Assembly (NCBI RefSeq): GCF_001194135.2
Contig: NC_068991.1
Location: 78,156,908 to 78,203,722, forward strand
Origin: Octopus bimaculoides
Lineage: Eukaryota
Length of the DNA: 46,815 bases
Direction of reading: 5' to 3'
Part shown: positions 35,165-46,815 of the stretch, in pieces
Numbering within the stretch: position 1 is the stretch's first letter
Layout of the letters: every line of letters begins with the position of its first letter
Notes under the pieces: generated by a model
The model's input: the letters and a program-made list of their open reading frames with translations, nothing else
Told to the model about the DNA's origin: nothing
Database searches by the model: none
Position numbers and translations under genes: made by a program

Positions 35165-36815
35165 CAGGTATGTCAAACATGCGGCCCACTGCAAACACAC
35201 CTGCGTCCCGCACAGACGCCCCCCACCCCGGATGCCCAGATTCGCGGAATTTCTCATCAGCTCGCCAGCAATTGGCTAATTCGCGACTCCAGATGTTTCG
35301 TACATCAAACGTTATATCGCGCAATGTACCTGTCTACGTTCATCCAAATCGATTTTCCTTTCTTCGCCATGAATGGAAAAGCTTACAATGAAGGAGATTT
35401 CGCAAAGCAATGCCTTGTAAAAACGGCTGAAATTGTGTGTGCAGAGAAAGCACACTTATTCAAAGATATTTAATTAACCAGGAACACTGTTACTGAACGG
35501 ATTAATGAAACGTCAGGTGATTTGAAACAACGGTTGAAAGCCGCATCATCAAGATTTGAACATTTTTCTATTGTTATTGATGAGACCGTTGACATCACTG
35601 GAACAGCACAGCTTCCGGTCTTCACCAGGGCCTGTGACAGTGAATTTGATATTTATGAAAAACTGATTAAACTGATCTCCGTGCATGATACTACAAGCCA
35701 GGACATCTTTGGGGAAGTCAAACAGGTTCTGCATGACTTTTTGATTTGAATAAACTTGTACGTTTATCTACTGGTTGGCAGACATAATGGTATTGCTGCC
35801 AAGTTACGAACAAAAATAGACAATTTGCATCCAGATTCATCATTTGCACATTTTCACTGTATTATTTATCAGCAAAATTTGTATTCAAAGATATTAAACT
35901 TGAACCATGTGCTTAGTTTGATCACAATGACAGTGAACTATATCAGAGGCCGTGCTCTCAACCACCGTCAATTCAGCCAGTTGTTGGAAGATATGGATAA
36001 TCAGTTCCCTGGTGTTCCATTCTACACCGAAGTCCACTGGTTGTCATGCCACAAAGTGCTGAAAAGATTTTATTTGTTGAGACAAGAAATAATTATGTTT
36101 TTGGAGGTGAAAGGTCAAAACACAGATGAGATAAAAGATGAGAGGTGGCTCCAGGATCTGGCTTTTGCTGTGGACATTACTTCACAATTAACTAATCTCA
36201 ACTTGAAATTACAAGGTTAAAACAAACTCATCACTCAGTTATATAATGACATCAAGTGCTTCATTACAAAATTAAGCTTATGGAAGTCACACGTGTCAAA
36301 TGAAACTTTAGTTCATTTTCCTAAGTGCAAAGAGCTGAAAAGCAGTGCTAATACTGAGTCTGTACTTAGCTTTGCCAAGTATGGCAGTCGCCTGGAATTG
36401 TTGTCAAAGGAATTTCAGGAAAGATTTCGATGATTTCTCATCTTTCGAACATCCGTTTGCATTATTCTCAGCACCATTCACCTTCGATGTTGCTAAGGCA
36501 GTAGAGAGCCTGCAGATGGAACTATTAGAAATGCAGTCGGAATTCTCTACTCAGATCAAAGTATTTTGAAGTGGAGGTACCTGGTTTCTTTTCATACCTT
36601 TCTAAAAACTTTAAAAACTTTAGAAAGTTTGCCACAAGGATTACAGCCAATGTTTGGTTCTACTTAAGTGTGGACAGTTATTTTCCTTCGTGAAATCAAC
36701 AAAAACTTCTCAGAGAACAAGGCTGACACTTGTCATTTCTGATCAAACTCGGAACTGCAAAGACATTTCAGCCAGACATACCAAAAATTGTCAGTAAAAA
36801 GGTGTCAAGCCTTGC
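35165..36815 (+). mobile_element. Decayed hAT DNA transposon (SPIN/Charlie group, GTF2IRD2-like transposase pseudogene)
   Basis: Left TIR-like CAGGTATGTCAAACATGCGGCCC. Broken ORF reads GKAYNEGDFAKQCLVKTAEIVC, FSIVIDETVDITGTAQL, HCIIYQQNL, TEVHWLSCHKVLKRF and DLAFAVDITSQLTNLNLKLQG, with several stops and frameshifts. No right TIR found. Confidence 0.93.
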
Positions 36816-36866
36816 ATTATTATTATTATTATACATACATACATACATACATACAAACAAACAAAC

Positions 36867-36975
36867 AAAAATACCTTGCTGTTGTTGTTGAAATTCCAAT
36901 GAAAGAGCCTTGGATCTAGATTAGAAACCGGTTCTTTCTCTATTGGTAAGAAATCTTAAAATAAACTGAATAATG

Positions 36976-36979
<4 letters not shown>
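36867..36979 (+). mobile_element. ~115-bp element embedded in (CATA)n, copy 3
   Basis: Matches 20901-21014; CATA/CAAA repeats 5' and CATA/CA repeats 3'. Confidence 0.85.
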
Positions 36980-37032
<53 letters not shown>

Positions 37033-37041
37033 TACATACAT

Positions 37042-37072
<31 letters not shown>

Positions 37073-37139
37073 TACATACATACATACCATCGATTACTTT
37101 TCGTAAACATCTCTGTACCAAAGAAGAGCTACTATATTT

Positions 37140-37580
37140 ATTCAAAGTATTGATAGAAACAAGCATATAATATTTATAACTCAATAGATATTGAGTGATA
37201 GGAATTACAAAGCCGAATGACAAAGAATAAAGATTTACGAACCAACTGCTATAAGAACAGAGTAATAACTACTTCATTGAAACTAAATGTTAACGATTTT
37301 TTACAGGGTAGATTATTAACTGCAGAAACGGATATCGCTTGCGTTGTAGATTTTTAAAAGGCAGTTTCTTTTAAGACTTTCCAAATAGATGCTGAAGTGT
37401 GAGAATTGATATCGTTATCAGTTATGTAATGTAAAAAGCTGACTACCAGGCACACAAGTTTAAAGGAAATAAATATCAGACGAAAAATTATTATCAATTC
37501 ACAAGCAATATTCTTTAAAAATATGATATCAACAGATAAATACGATAACAAGTCAATATAAATTTATACAGACGTACGTC
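37140..37580. repeat. ~440-bp diverged segment duplicated in inverted orientation at 43200-43640
   Basis: Exact 23-nt match 37454-37476 to the reverse complement of 43344-43366, and CAAAGTATTGATAGAA also shared. The track ORFs 37354..37551(-) and 43242..43427(+) are visibly homologous. Confidence 0.85.
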
Positions 37581-37895
37581 AATACGCACACGGAATAATA
37601 TAAATAATACATGCGTATGGGCCGAGATGGAGACAAAAATCTACAGATCTGCAGAACAAAATTAGAAATATTTGTGTTAAATTAAATTAATAATCCAAGT
37701 AAAGCTAGAAAGTTGGTAACAATAGGGAGAGATTCAATACAGAAAAACCAAACAAAATAATATTCCCAAAACCCAAATCGTTGAGAAACCTACGTTAAAA
37801 ATATGAACGTACTGATTAACGAACAAATGATTATTTTTAAAAAGATGAACAAATGTTAATCTACAGGAAAAAGAGCTTCATATACATACAAACAT

Positions 37896-38006
<111 letters not shown>

Positions 38007-38075
38007 GCAATGTATGGGCCCATAGAATCCTGTAGCAATTACAGAAATCTCCCCTAGCGGACCCGGCTATCATAC

Positions 38076-38118
38076 CACGTAGTAATCCAGTACTGAGGAG
38101 TATAATGTAGAGTGCCAT
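38076..38118 (-). CDS. Candidate first coding exon E1 (signal peptide)
   Basis: Acceptor ctcctggatttcAG just upstream (exon starts at 38122), ATG at 38118, donor GTG|GTATGA. Reads MALYIILLSTGLLR(G), a hydrophobic signal-peptide-like start. Confidence 0.55.
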
Positions 38119-38219
38119 GTAGCTGAAATCCAGGAGATCCAATCGATGAAATTGTCTCATGAGGAGCAAATATAAGCCGTAAAATGTGAGGAGGAGCTAT
38201 GAGAGGTGAGTATATTTAT

Positions 38220-38490
38220 TTAATCGCTTCCTATCCACAGGATCACGGCCGTTTCATAGCTTTCGACGTGTAATATTAATTTCAGAGTATAAAATTTGTA
38301 TATATCTGCAGCAATATGTATGCTACACAATATGTATGCACAGTACATTTATGCATTTACAAATCAACGCAGATGTAGAAGGCTAGCTCTTCAGATCAGC
38401 AGAACAACAAATAATTTTATACTCTAAAATAAAATTATTAATACATGATGGAGGTTGCAAAACAGCCGTAATCCTACGGATATCAAGGGG
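38220..38490. mobile_element. MITE-like element with ~75-bp imperfect terminal inverted repeats
   Basis: Left arm TATCCACAGGATCACGGCCGTTT..AGAGTATAAAATT pairs with right arm AATTTTATACTCT..AAACAGCCGTAATCCTACGGATA. TTAA at the left edge. Confidence 0.75.
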
Positions 38491-38542
38491 CTATATAAAA
38501 ATATTTACTTCTCATACCTCCTGACATTTTTGATCTACTCAA

Positions 38543-38580
<38 letters not shown>

Positions 38581-38613
38581 TTTAAGTATAGACAGACAAA
38601 CGGACAATCCAAC

Positions 38614-38672
<59 letters not shown>

Positions 38673-39423
38673 CAGAATTCAACGTTTCAATAGTTTATAA
38701 AGAAATATATTTCACGGAGCCAAACAAAAAACAATGCATTAACCATAGGAATGGCATGGATGATGCACTAAAAGAGCGATTCCACTTCTTAGAATTCAGA
38801 CCGACTTCACCCTGATCGAACTGCGTAGAGAAGGCTTTCCAGGGACCAGGATGCTAAACATTTTCATTTTCAACTTTATAACGTTTGTAAAGAAACAACA
38901 GAAAGCAGTTGGTTCTTTTTAAACTTGCAACACTCAACCTGTCGGACGACGAAGCCTGGCTTGTATACCAGTTTTATCACGTTGCCTGCTGGAGAAAATA
39001 TGCAACAGGTTGTATCTCAGATGACAGACTTTTGAACGGAAAATTTTTGGTAAAATCTGGTCGTCTGCTATCCTCTCAGTTTGACTTCACTAGCTTTCAT
39101 TGCATAAGAAACCATCTGCGTTTTAACTACATGATATGTAAAAGTTAAAAATACAAACTTAACTGATAAGTATTGCAGCATATTTTCAAATAAATATGAA
39201 GTCGATAACATGTTAAATGTAAATATTAATTTTTTTTTTTTGAAAAATGAAGCCCAAGATTATACTTAAAGTGTGATAAATAAGACGAAAAATTTATCTT
39301 GATATCATGCACATGGAGACGAAAATATAATGATGCAAATATATATGTACACATATATTATACAGATACAAATATACTATATGCAGGTCTGTAAGTATAT
39401 ACACATGTGTGTATATAGAGGCA

Positions 39424-39467
<44 letters not shown>

Positions 39468-39662
39468 AACAAATATAGAAAGTAGATAACACGTCGAATA
39501 CAAATGCTTATATAAAAAAAATACAAAGAATACAATATATGCATAGTATGAATAGGATAAAACGTATATTGCTAGGAAAATATAAGGATACACTCATACA
39601 TGTATACATACATATGTAAATATATACATATATACATATATATACGCATGCTATGTATACAT

Positions 39663-39699
<37 letters not shown>

Positions 39700-39712
39700 C
39701 ATATATACAATA

Positions 39713-39822
<110 letters not shown>

Positions 39823-40019
39823 AACACACATATATATACATATATGCAATATACTATATATTATATACTTACACCAATATGATATAATAAATACAATCAT
39901 ATTTATACATACTTACAAGTACATACACACATATACATACATATACATATATACATGCATATGTATACAAACATTTATACATATATATACGCATATATAC
40001 ATACATACACGCATATACA

Positions 40020-40250
40020 AAATAAATAACAGGTAAAATGTATAGCTATACGAATATGTTTAAAGTATGAATTTAGACAAAAAAAATTATGTCTAGATAC
40101 TATTTAGATAGAAACAAATACATGAAGATCCACATACACATATATAGATTCCAATAAAATTATACACACACATTGGCTATATGTGTAATGATACATACAT
40201 ACATGCATATAATCATAAACGCTGAGAGAGTGCATCGCCCCGAAATATAT
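40020..40250 (+). repeat. ~220-bp diverged segment directly duplicated at 43775-43990
   Basis: Exact 24-nt GAATATGTTTAAAGTATGAATTTA at 40052 and 43803; AAATAACAGGT and GATCCACATACAC are shared in the same order. Confidence 0.85.
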
Positions 40251-40532
40251 CTATAGTCATAAACAAACAAAAAAATAATAGCTGCAAAATTATTTAAGGT
40301 CAAAAATATGAGAAAGAAATAAAAATAATGACTCAAAAATGCAATACGAAAAATCAGAAACATAAAACTATGCAAAGAAAAGAAAGATAAGAAAATAGTC
40401 TTAAGTTCAGAAAGTAGAAACTGAAGATATAAAACTACGCACGAAGATAGAAATATAAATACATTCTTAAAAAGTTAAGGAAATCTTTTTTTATTCTATT
40501 TGTGTTTTTAAAGGTTAATATAATTCCTGGAT

Positions 40533-40756
40533 TTAACCATTTAGCATTTAAATCGTCCGTATTTAACCCAAATATTTTATCTGATTTTATTTTTTTTTTT
40601 TGTTCAAAGTCGCCAAAACCGGCCTTTTAGACTTACTCTACAATGTCCTTCTAAAAATGATCACATCATCGAAACTTCAAAGCTACAAGATTAACTCGAA
40701 AACAGGTGAAGTAGAATGCATTCCATTTGACAGAGTTATCTGAACGATCGAGTTAA
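40533..40756. mobile_element. piggyBac-type MITE (TTAA-flanked), degraded
   Basis: TTAA-CCATTTAGCATTT at the left and CTGAACGATCGAG-TTAA at the right, a decayed CCCTTTAGCATT/AATGCTAAAGGG-type TIR pair. Recognition is partly from memory of cephalopod MITEs. Confidence 0.55.
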
Positions 40757-41107
40757 TGTTATGTGAAGGTGTCAACGTCAAACATCTCAACGTTAATCTC
40801 AAATTCGTCATCGTCAACCCCAATTTTGTTATCGTTGGTCTCCATTACGTTATCGTATATATCTCGATTTTCTCATCGCCAACTTTAATTTCGTCATCTT
40901 AAATGTCGTCATTATAGAATGGAACATTTTATATGAACAGACACTGACATCAGTAATTATTCGTCGCAGAATTGTAAAAGAATGGAATCATTAGAAAATT
41001 TTGTAAACTATCACAAGTTTTGAATAATAATAATATAATTGTCGCACATTACATGACCGTAAATATATATACACTTATTATATTAGATGTAAAACTACAT
41101 ACTATGT

Positions 41108-41188
<81 letters not shown>

Positions 41189-41854
41189 ATATATATATAT
41201 TGTATTTCGGGATGGTCATTTATTTTTTTTTGCCAAATAAACACACGCACTGTATATTTTTTTCTTCACTCGTTTATTACTGTTCTTGTTGTAACTCATG
41301 TCCATTGTCCGGAAATCTTTCGTCACACATCTGTGACCTCTTCAGCGACATTTTTCGTTTTCGTATGTGTGTTCTTGCTTCACTTACTATATATACAACA
41401 CGACAATAAAAATAAAATCAGTTTTAACTTTTTATTCTTTATCCCCATGTTCTAACTCTCTAAACATATTCCTAAAAGAATCCAGTAGAACCATCTCCGA
41501 TCATTAAAACCAATCGATTTCGATCGATATACTTACGTAATTATATAAACACTAGGCTGACACTGATTACCGAAAACGATTGTGCTGGATTTTTGGGGAA
41601 TTTGAGGTTGAGGTTGATAATATCAATTTTGAGGACAAAACCTTGTAAAAGCTAACATAAAACTACTTTTAGATGCTAGTGCGAGCCCTTTACAATGGTT
41701 TTTAATATCCTTATACAAGTCCCAAGTAATCTTTAAATTCTTCGTGATATGTTCAAAAGAGAAAACAACAAATTGATTGCTTTAACTACAATTTAATCAG
41801 TTTTGTCATAATCAAAATAGCTACTTCTACTTTTCTAACATTTATAATAAACTT

Positions 41855-42420
41855 TTGAAACGCCATCTTGAACCTGTGTTCACATGTACTGCGCAATTCT
41901 CGTTGCAAATTCTTCTTCGGTGCCTTCTTTCGTCGGAAACCGTTTTTAGAGAATGAACAACTTCATGAACAACAACAAAAGAAAAATTGGAAGGAGCTAA
42001 ATCCGGAGGGTAGAGCGGCTGGAATACAAACTATGTCTCGTACTTTGCCAACAAGTCACAAGTAAGAAGTGACGTGTAAACAGGTATGTTGTTGTGGTGC
42101 AGCGTCCGAGATTTGGCCATGTCATAACATCTGCCTCTTCCTTCGCGCTGCTTCTCTCAAACGCCGTCGTAATTCAAATAAAATTTCATTGAATTGACCA
42201 CGTTAAACAAAATTCAGCATAAACGACGCCCTTTTAATAAAATAGACAATCAAAATCGCCTTCACATTTGTGCGTGAATGGCGTGCTTTTTGGGTCTCGG
42301 CGATGATCAGCCAACTCATGGTAAAAAAAAAACGCGACGTTTGCGCAGTCGAGGTAATGGAATTTTTGCAGAACAAGAATTCCGAGAGCAGCGCTTCTTA
42401 CAAACACAGGATATGTAAGA
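41855..42420. promoter_or_regulatory. CpG-rich putative promoter or 5' exon region
   Basis: Elevated GC/CpG, non-repetitive, YY1-like CGCCATCTT at about 41861-41869. Lies 3.7 kb upstream of E1 on the minus strand. Confidence 0.35.
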
Positions 42421-42725
42421 CGTTTTTACATTATAAGCCATGCATGTAGCTTGGTGGTTAGAAGAGAAACTTCGCTGGCTAGGTTCGTTGGTTTAACACC
42501 AATAGTATCAGTTTCATGCTATTTGATTTATAAACAATTTTCCTGCTACTGTTTCAAATCGAGTTTTCATATCATGGCTAAAGCTAATCATAACATTCTT
42601 TTATACACAGCATTTTTGCATGACACCCTTCTGTATAAATTCTGAACAAATTGTAGAAGATTTTCTACTTTCAGGTTAATCTTTGTGTGCTGACTTGGAA
42701 AACATTTATTCTTAACATGCTACTT

Positions 42726-42759
<34 letters not shown>

Positions 42760-42761
42760 CA

Positions 42762-42960
42762 TAGTGAGAATTTGCAAAAGACAAAAGACGAAGACGGGTG
42801 TGTAAACAACAAACAGATGTATCAGTTTAACGCTCGGGAAGTGAGAAAGTCTTTTACGTTTCGAGCCTACGCTCTCCGACAGAAAGGAACACAGAAATAA
42901 ATAGGGAGAGAAAAAAAAAAGTTCAGTTGGAAGTGATCTATCATGGCGAATGCCGTGATT
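42762..42960 (-). mobile_element. Penelope-like element end with a hammerhead-like core (42850-42886), next to (TA)n
   Basis: Minus strand reads cttt-CTGTCGG-a-GAGC gtag GCTC-GAAAC-GTA-aaag, nearly identical to 3350-3426. (TA)n at 42725-42760. Confidence 0.65.
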
Positions 42961-43659
42961 TATTCCATATTTTTTTTAAATATGTTACAAATACTCAACA
43001 ACCTTGTTAGTTTCATATTTCATCATCTACGCGTGTGTAATAATATAATTTTATTTTAGACTATGGACATGTAACTCATATATACCAAGACCTCTCTCCT
43101 TCTCTCTCTCTCTCCCTCTCTCCCTCTCTCCCTCTCTCTCGCTCTCACTCTATCTCTCACTCACTTTTTCTCTTCTTCTTTATATGTGTATGTATTATTT
43201 AAGATCGTATTTGTACGTATTGATGTAAGTATAGATTTATATTGACTCGTTATCCTATTTTGTCTGTTGATAAGACCGTTTGTTTGTTTGTTTGTGCGTG
43301 TTTTTTTAATAACATTTTATCTGAATTGATAATTTCGTGTCTAATATTTATTTCCTTTAAACTTGTATTCCTGATTATTTACATTCCATATTACGTAACT
43401 GATAACAATATTAATTCTCGCGCTTAAACTTCCTCTGCGGAAATCTTATTATATTAAAAACCTACAACGTGACTGAGGTATTTCGGTGTTCATGGCAGTT
43501 TCTGCCTTGTAAAATTTCTACCATATTTTCCCCGTAGTTTCTATAAAATAGTTGTTACTTTATTCTGAGAGTGGTTCATAAAACTTTCAGTCGATATTTA
43601 TGGACGAATGGTGTTATATACTTGCTTCTATCAATACTTTGTGTACATAAACTAGTTTG

Positions 43660-43775
43660 ATCTTTTCTTGTTTCAGTCCTCGGACTGAAATGTATAATTG
43701 AACAAATCAGTAAAATGAGTTTGGTACTTATTCTAGCGAATACTTTTTACCGAACCGCTAAGCTACGATCATGTA
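43660..43775 (-). mobile_element. SINE family B 3' fragment, degraded
   Basis: CTTGTTTCAGTC..GGTACTTATTCT..CCGAACCGCTAAGCTACG matches 5490-5570. Confidence 0.55.
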
Positions 43776-44039
43776 AATAACAGGTTAAATGTCTAGACAT
43801 AAGAATATGTTTAAAGTATGAATTTACACAAAATATCGTGTCTAGTATTATCTAGATACGAATATATTAGGATCCACATACACGTATATAGATTCAAATA
43901 AAATCACACACATACACTAAATATATGTGTGAGAATACATACGTACATGTAATCATATAAACTCTCAGAGAGTGGATGCTATAAAGGCACTCATAAATAT
44001 GTGTTTGTATATATATGTATGCATGTTTATATATACATG

Positions 44040-44078
<39 letters not shown>

Positions 44079-44699
44079 ATACACACATAAATATATACAC
44101 ACAAACACATACATACATATCAATGTAAGTCATAATTTCTTTGTAGACGGCCTCAAGACGGCTAATTCGTATATTACAAGTGCAATCTGCGATTAGAAGG
44201 GTAAAAATATGCGAGACTTTTCCCAAGTTCCAAGTGTGAATTTGTCTGTGTTAACTACATCCCAAAGATGGAGCCTTGTATTTTTGTTAGAAACAGACTC
44301 CCCCTCAGTGGAAGATTTAAAATAATTAAAAAATAGAAGAGATATATCGTGAATTATATTTGCCACCTAAATGTGGCTGACCCATAGGGGACGATGCTAC
44401 TGTTGTTTATAGTCCCCGGAAGACATCTCCTCCAGCTGGCTAACGACACACTGTCTGTGTCCGATTAATATTTGCGAAGGAAAATCCTCGTTCCCATCTC
44501 TAGCCTTACGTGATACACACAGACCCGGGTTTCTGGGTAGTAACCCGTCATCAGCGTGTGACAATCACCAGCCAGGGATGAGAACTCAGACCAAGCGCAA
44601 AATACTGCGTTTTCCAGTGACGAACTGTCGCTGATCTCGAAAAATGAGAAACAAGCAATAATAATAATCTATCGCCATCGTGAATTACACGCACATACA

Positions 44700-45045
44700 T
44701 ATAATGTGTGTGTGTGTGTGTGTGTTTGTTTGTTTGTGTATATGTGTGCTTGTGTGTGTTTGTGTGTATATGTGTGTTTGTGTGTGTTTGTGTGTTTGTG
44801 TTTGTTTGTGTATATGTGTGTTTGTGTTTGTATGTGTGTGTGCGTGTTTGTGTATGCTTGTGTGTGTGTATTTGTGTGTTTGTATGTGTGCTTGTGTGTG
44901 TTTGTGTGTGTTTGTGTGTGTATTTGTGTGTGTTTGTGTGTGTGTGCGCGCGTGTGTTTGTATATTTGTGTTTGTATGTGTGTATGTGTTTGTGTGTGTT
45001 AGTGTGTGTATTTGTGTGTGTATTTGTGTATGTGTGTGTGTGTCT
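44700..45045. repeat. Degenerate (GT/GTTT) low-complexity tract
   Basis: Interrupted GT repeats; similar tracts at 45380-45480 and 46500-46730. Confidence 0.9.
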
Positions 45046-45879
45046 TCTGCAACGTACTCAATCAAGATTTCTATGACGTGAAGTTAAAAGTAAATAAGAT
45101 GATATTCCATTTGTCTTGCTCCAAATCGGAATAAGATTTCAAAAGAAATGAACCAAACTGATGCCTTATTTGTGATCTGAATCGTTTCTTTTCCTTCCAA
45201 AAACCTTCTATATTCTTCCAGTTCGTTATTTATTTTCAGCTTTCTAGTAAATATTTTCGTTTGTGAAATCGATTTTTATTTCAATGTCTTTTTGTTATCT
45301 CCCAAAGAGAGCAGGAAGTTGTTGCCATCAAAGGAAGGAAGGAAGGAAGGAAGAAATAATAATATTCTTATGAAACACGAACACACACACGTTCACACAC
45401 ACACGCTAGCACGCACACACGCACACATGCACACACACACACACGAACACACACGCGCGCACACACACACACAAATAAGCAAACATGCTCACGAGCACAT
45501 TTTACGAGACAAATCCGTTCACATGCTTATATATATATGCATACACATCCTCAAAGGTAAACATAAATGAATATGCATACATACACACACACACATACAC
45601 ATATATATATATATATAAAGGAATCGAGACGGAGAGAGAGGGGAAGGGGAAGGGGAAGACGTNNNNNNNNNNNNNNNNNNNNNNNNNNNNNNNNNNNNNN
45701 NNNNNNNNNNNNNNNNNNNNNNNNNNNNNNNNNNNNNNNNNNNNNNTATATATAAAGGAATCGAGACGGAGAGAGAGGGGAAGGGGAAGGGGAAGACGTA
45801 CAAACATACAAATATATAGAGATAGGAAAATTGATAGACACAAACACAAAAACAGACAAATGGTTGCACAGACAGACAA

Positions 45880-45992
<113 letters not shown>

Positions 45993-46012
45993 CAGGTAGG
46001 TAGACACACAGG

Positions 46013-46084
<72 letters not shown>

Positions 46085-46116
46085 CAGGTAGGTAGACACA
46101 CAGGTAGGTAGGTAGG

Positions 46117-46173
<57 letters not shown>

Positions 46174-46667
46174 TATAATGTTTCTAAATGTATGCAAACA
46201 ATAAACATTAGCTGAACAAAGGCCCAATGCAAGTCGGATTGGTAAACTGTGCTTGGCGAAACTTCAGATTCTCAACGATGTTATGCATGTGTGTGTGTGC
46301 ATATATGTAGATATACATATATACGTAAATATACATACGTATATACATATATACATATCTGTATATAAGTGTCCGTGTGTCCGTGTGTCCGTGTGTCCGT
46401 TATATACGTATATCTAATTAAATGCACAAACACGAACGCACACGTACACATATGCATGCATATACATACACAGATACATACATATACATACATATATGCA
46501 TACATGCCTACACACCCATACACACATATACACCTGTGTGTTTCTGTGTATGTGTGTGTGTGTGTGTGTGTGTGTCCATGTGTCTGTGTGGTTGTGTTTG
46601 TGTGTTCCTGTGTGTGAGTGTGATTGTGCGTATGTGTCTGTGTGTGTGTATGCGGTTGTGTGCGTGT

Positions 46668-46705
<38 letters not shown>

Positions 46706-46815
46706 GCGTGTGTGCCTGTGTGTACATGTATTATAATATTGTTGTGCTGAATCTTCGCCCTCTCCGTTGAATGGAGACACAGAGTGTGTCTCTCACGTGA
46801 TTCATATTTGGTTCA

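Noticed and set aside
38085-38207. Plus-strand E-rich pseudo-exon with a GTGAGT donor
   Set aside because: Multiple in-frame stops, and it overlaps the better-supported minus-strand E1; probably an antisense shadow.
38909-39148. 79-aa plus-strand ORF
   Set aside because: No true ATG start, splice signals or recognisable motif.
44380-44640. GC-rich segment resembling a LINE 5' region
   Set aside because: Single copy in this window with no translatable motif, so I cannot support a family call.
45610-45799. Identical ~53-bp sequence on both sides of the 45663-45746 gap
   Set aside because: Typical unmerged contig overlap (assembly artefact), not a biological duplication.

Overview
AT-rich eukaryotic genomic DNA, dense in microsatellites and repeats, with nine N gaps. 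The repeat families look like those of an octopus or other coleoid cephalopod draft assembly (inference from repeat motifs, not verified). Almost all ORFs in the supplied track are microsatellite or gap artefacts. Manual reading of both strands gave four results. (1) A phase-consistent chain of 8 short GT-AG coding exons on the minus strand (38118 to 2491) splices into a 200-aa protein with an N-terminal signal peptide and no family I recognise. A 17-nt repeat-derived candidate micro-exon would switch its last two exons into a second open frame. (2) There are decayed transposon remnants: Dong/R4 3' end, Tx1/L1 RT, three CR1 pieces, a piggyBac transposase C-terminus, a GTF2IRD2/SPIN-like hAT transposase and two MITEs. 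(3) Three tRNA-derived SINE families occur in many copies. (4) Several Penelope-like element ends carry minimal type-I hammerhead-ribozyme-like cores next to (TA)n tracts. A codon-patterned 39-bp tandem array, a ~115-bp element embedded in (CATA)n, local inverted and direct duplications and three CpG-rich regulatory-like segments were also found. No rRNA, intact tRNA or CRISPR array was seen.
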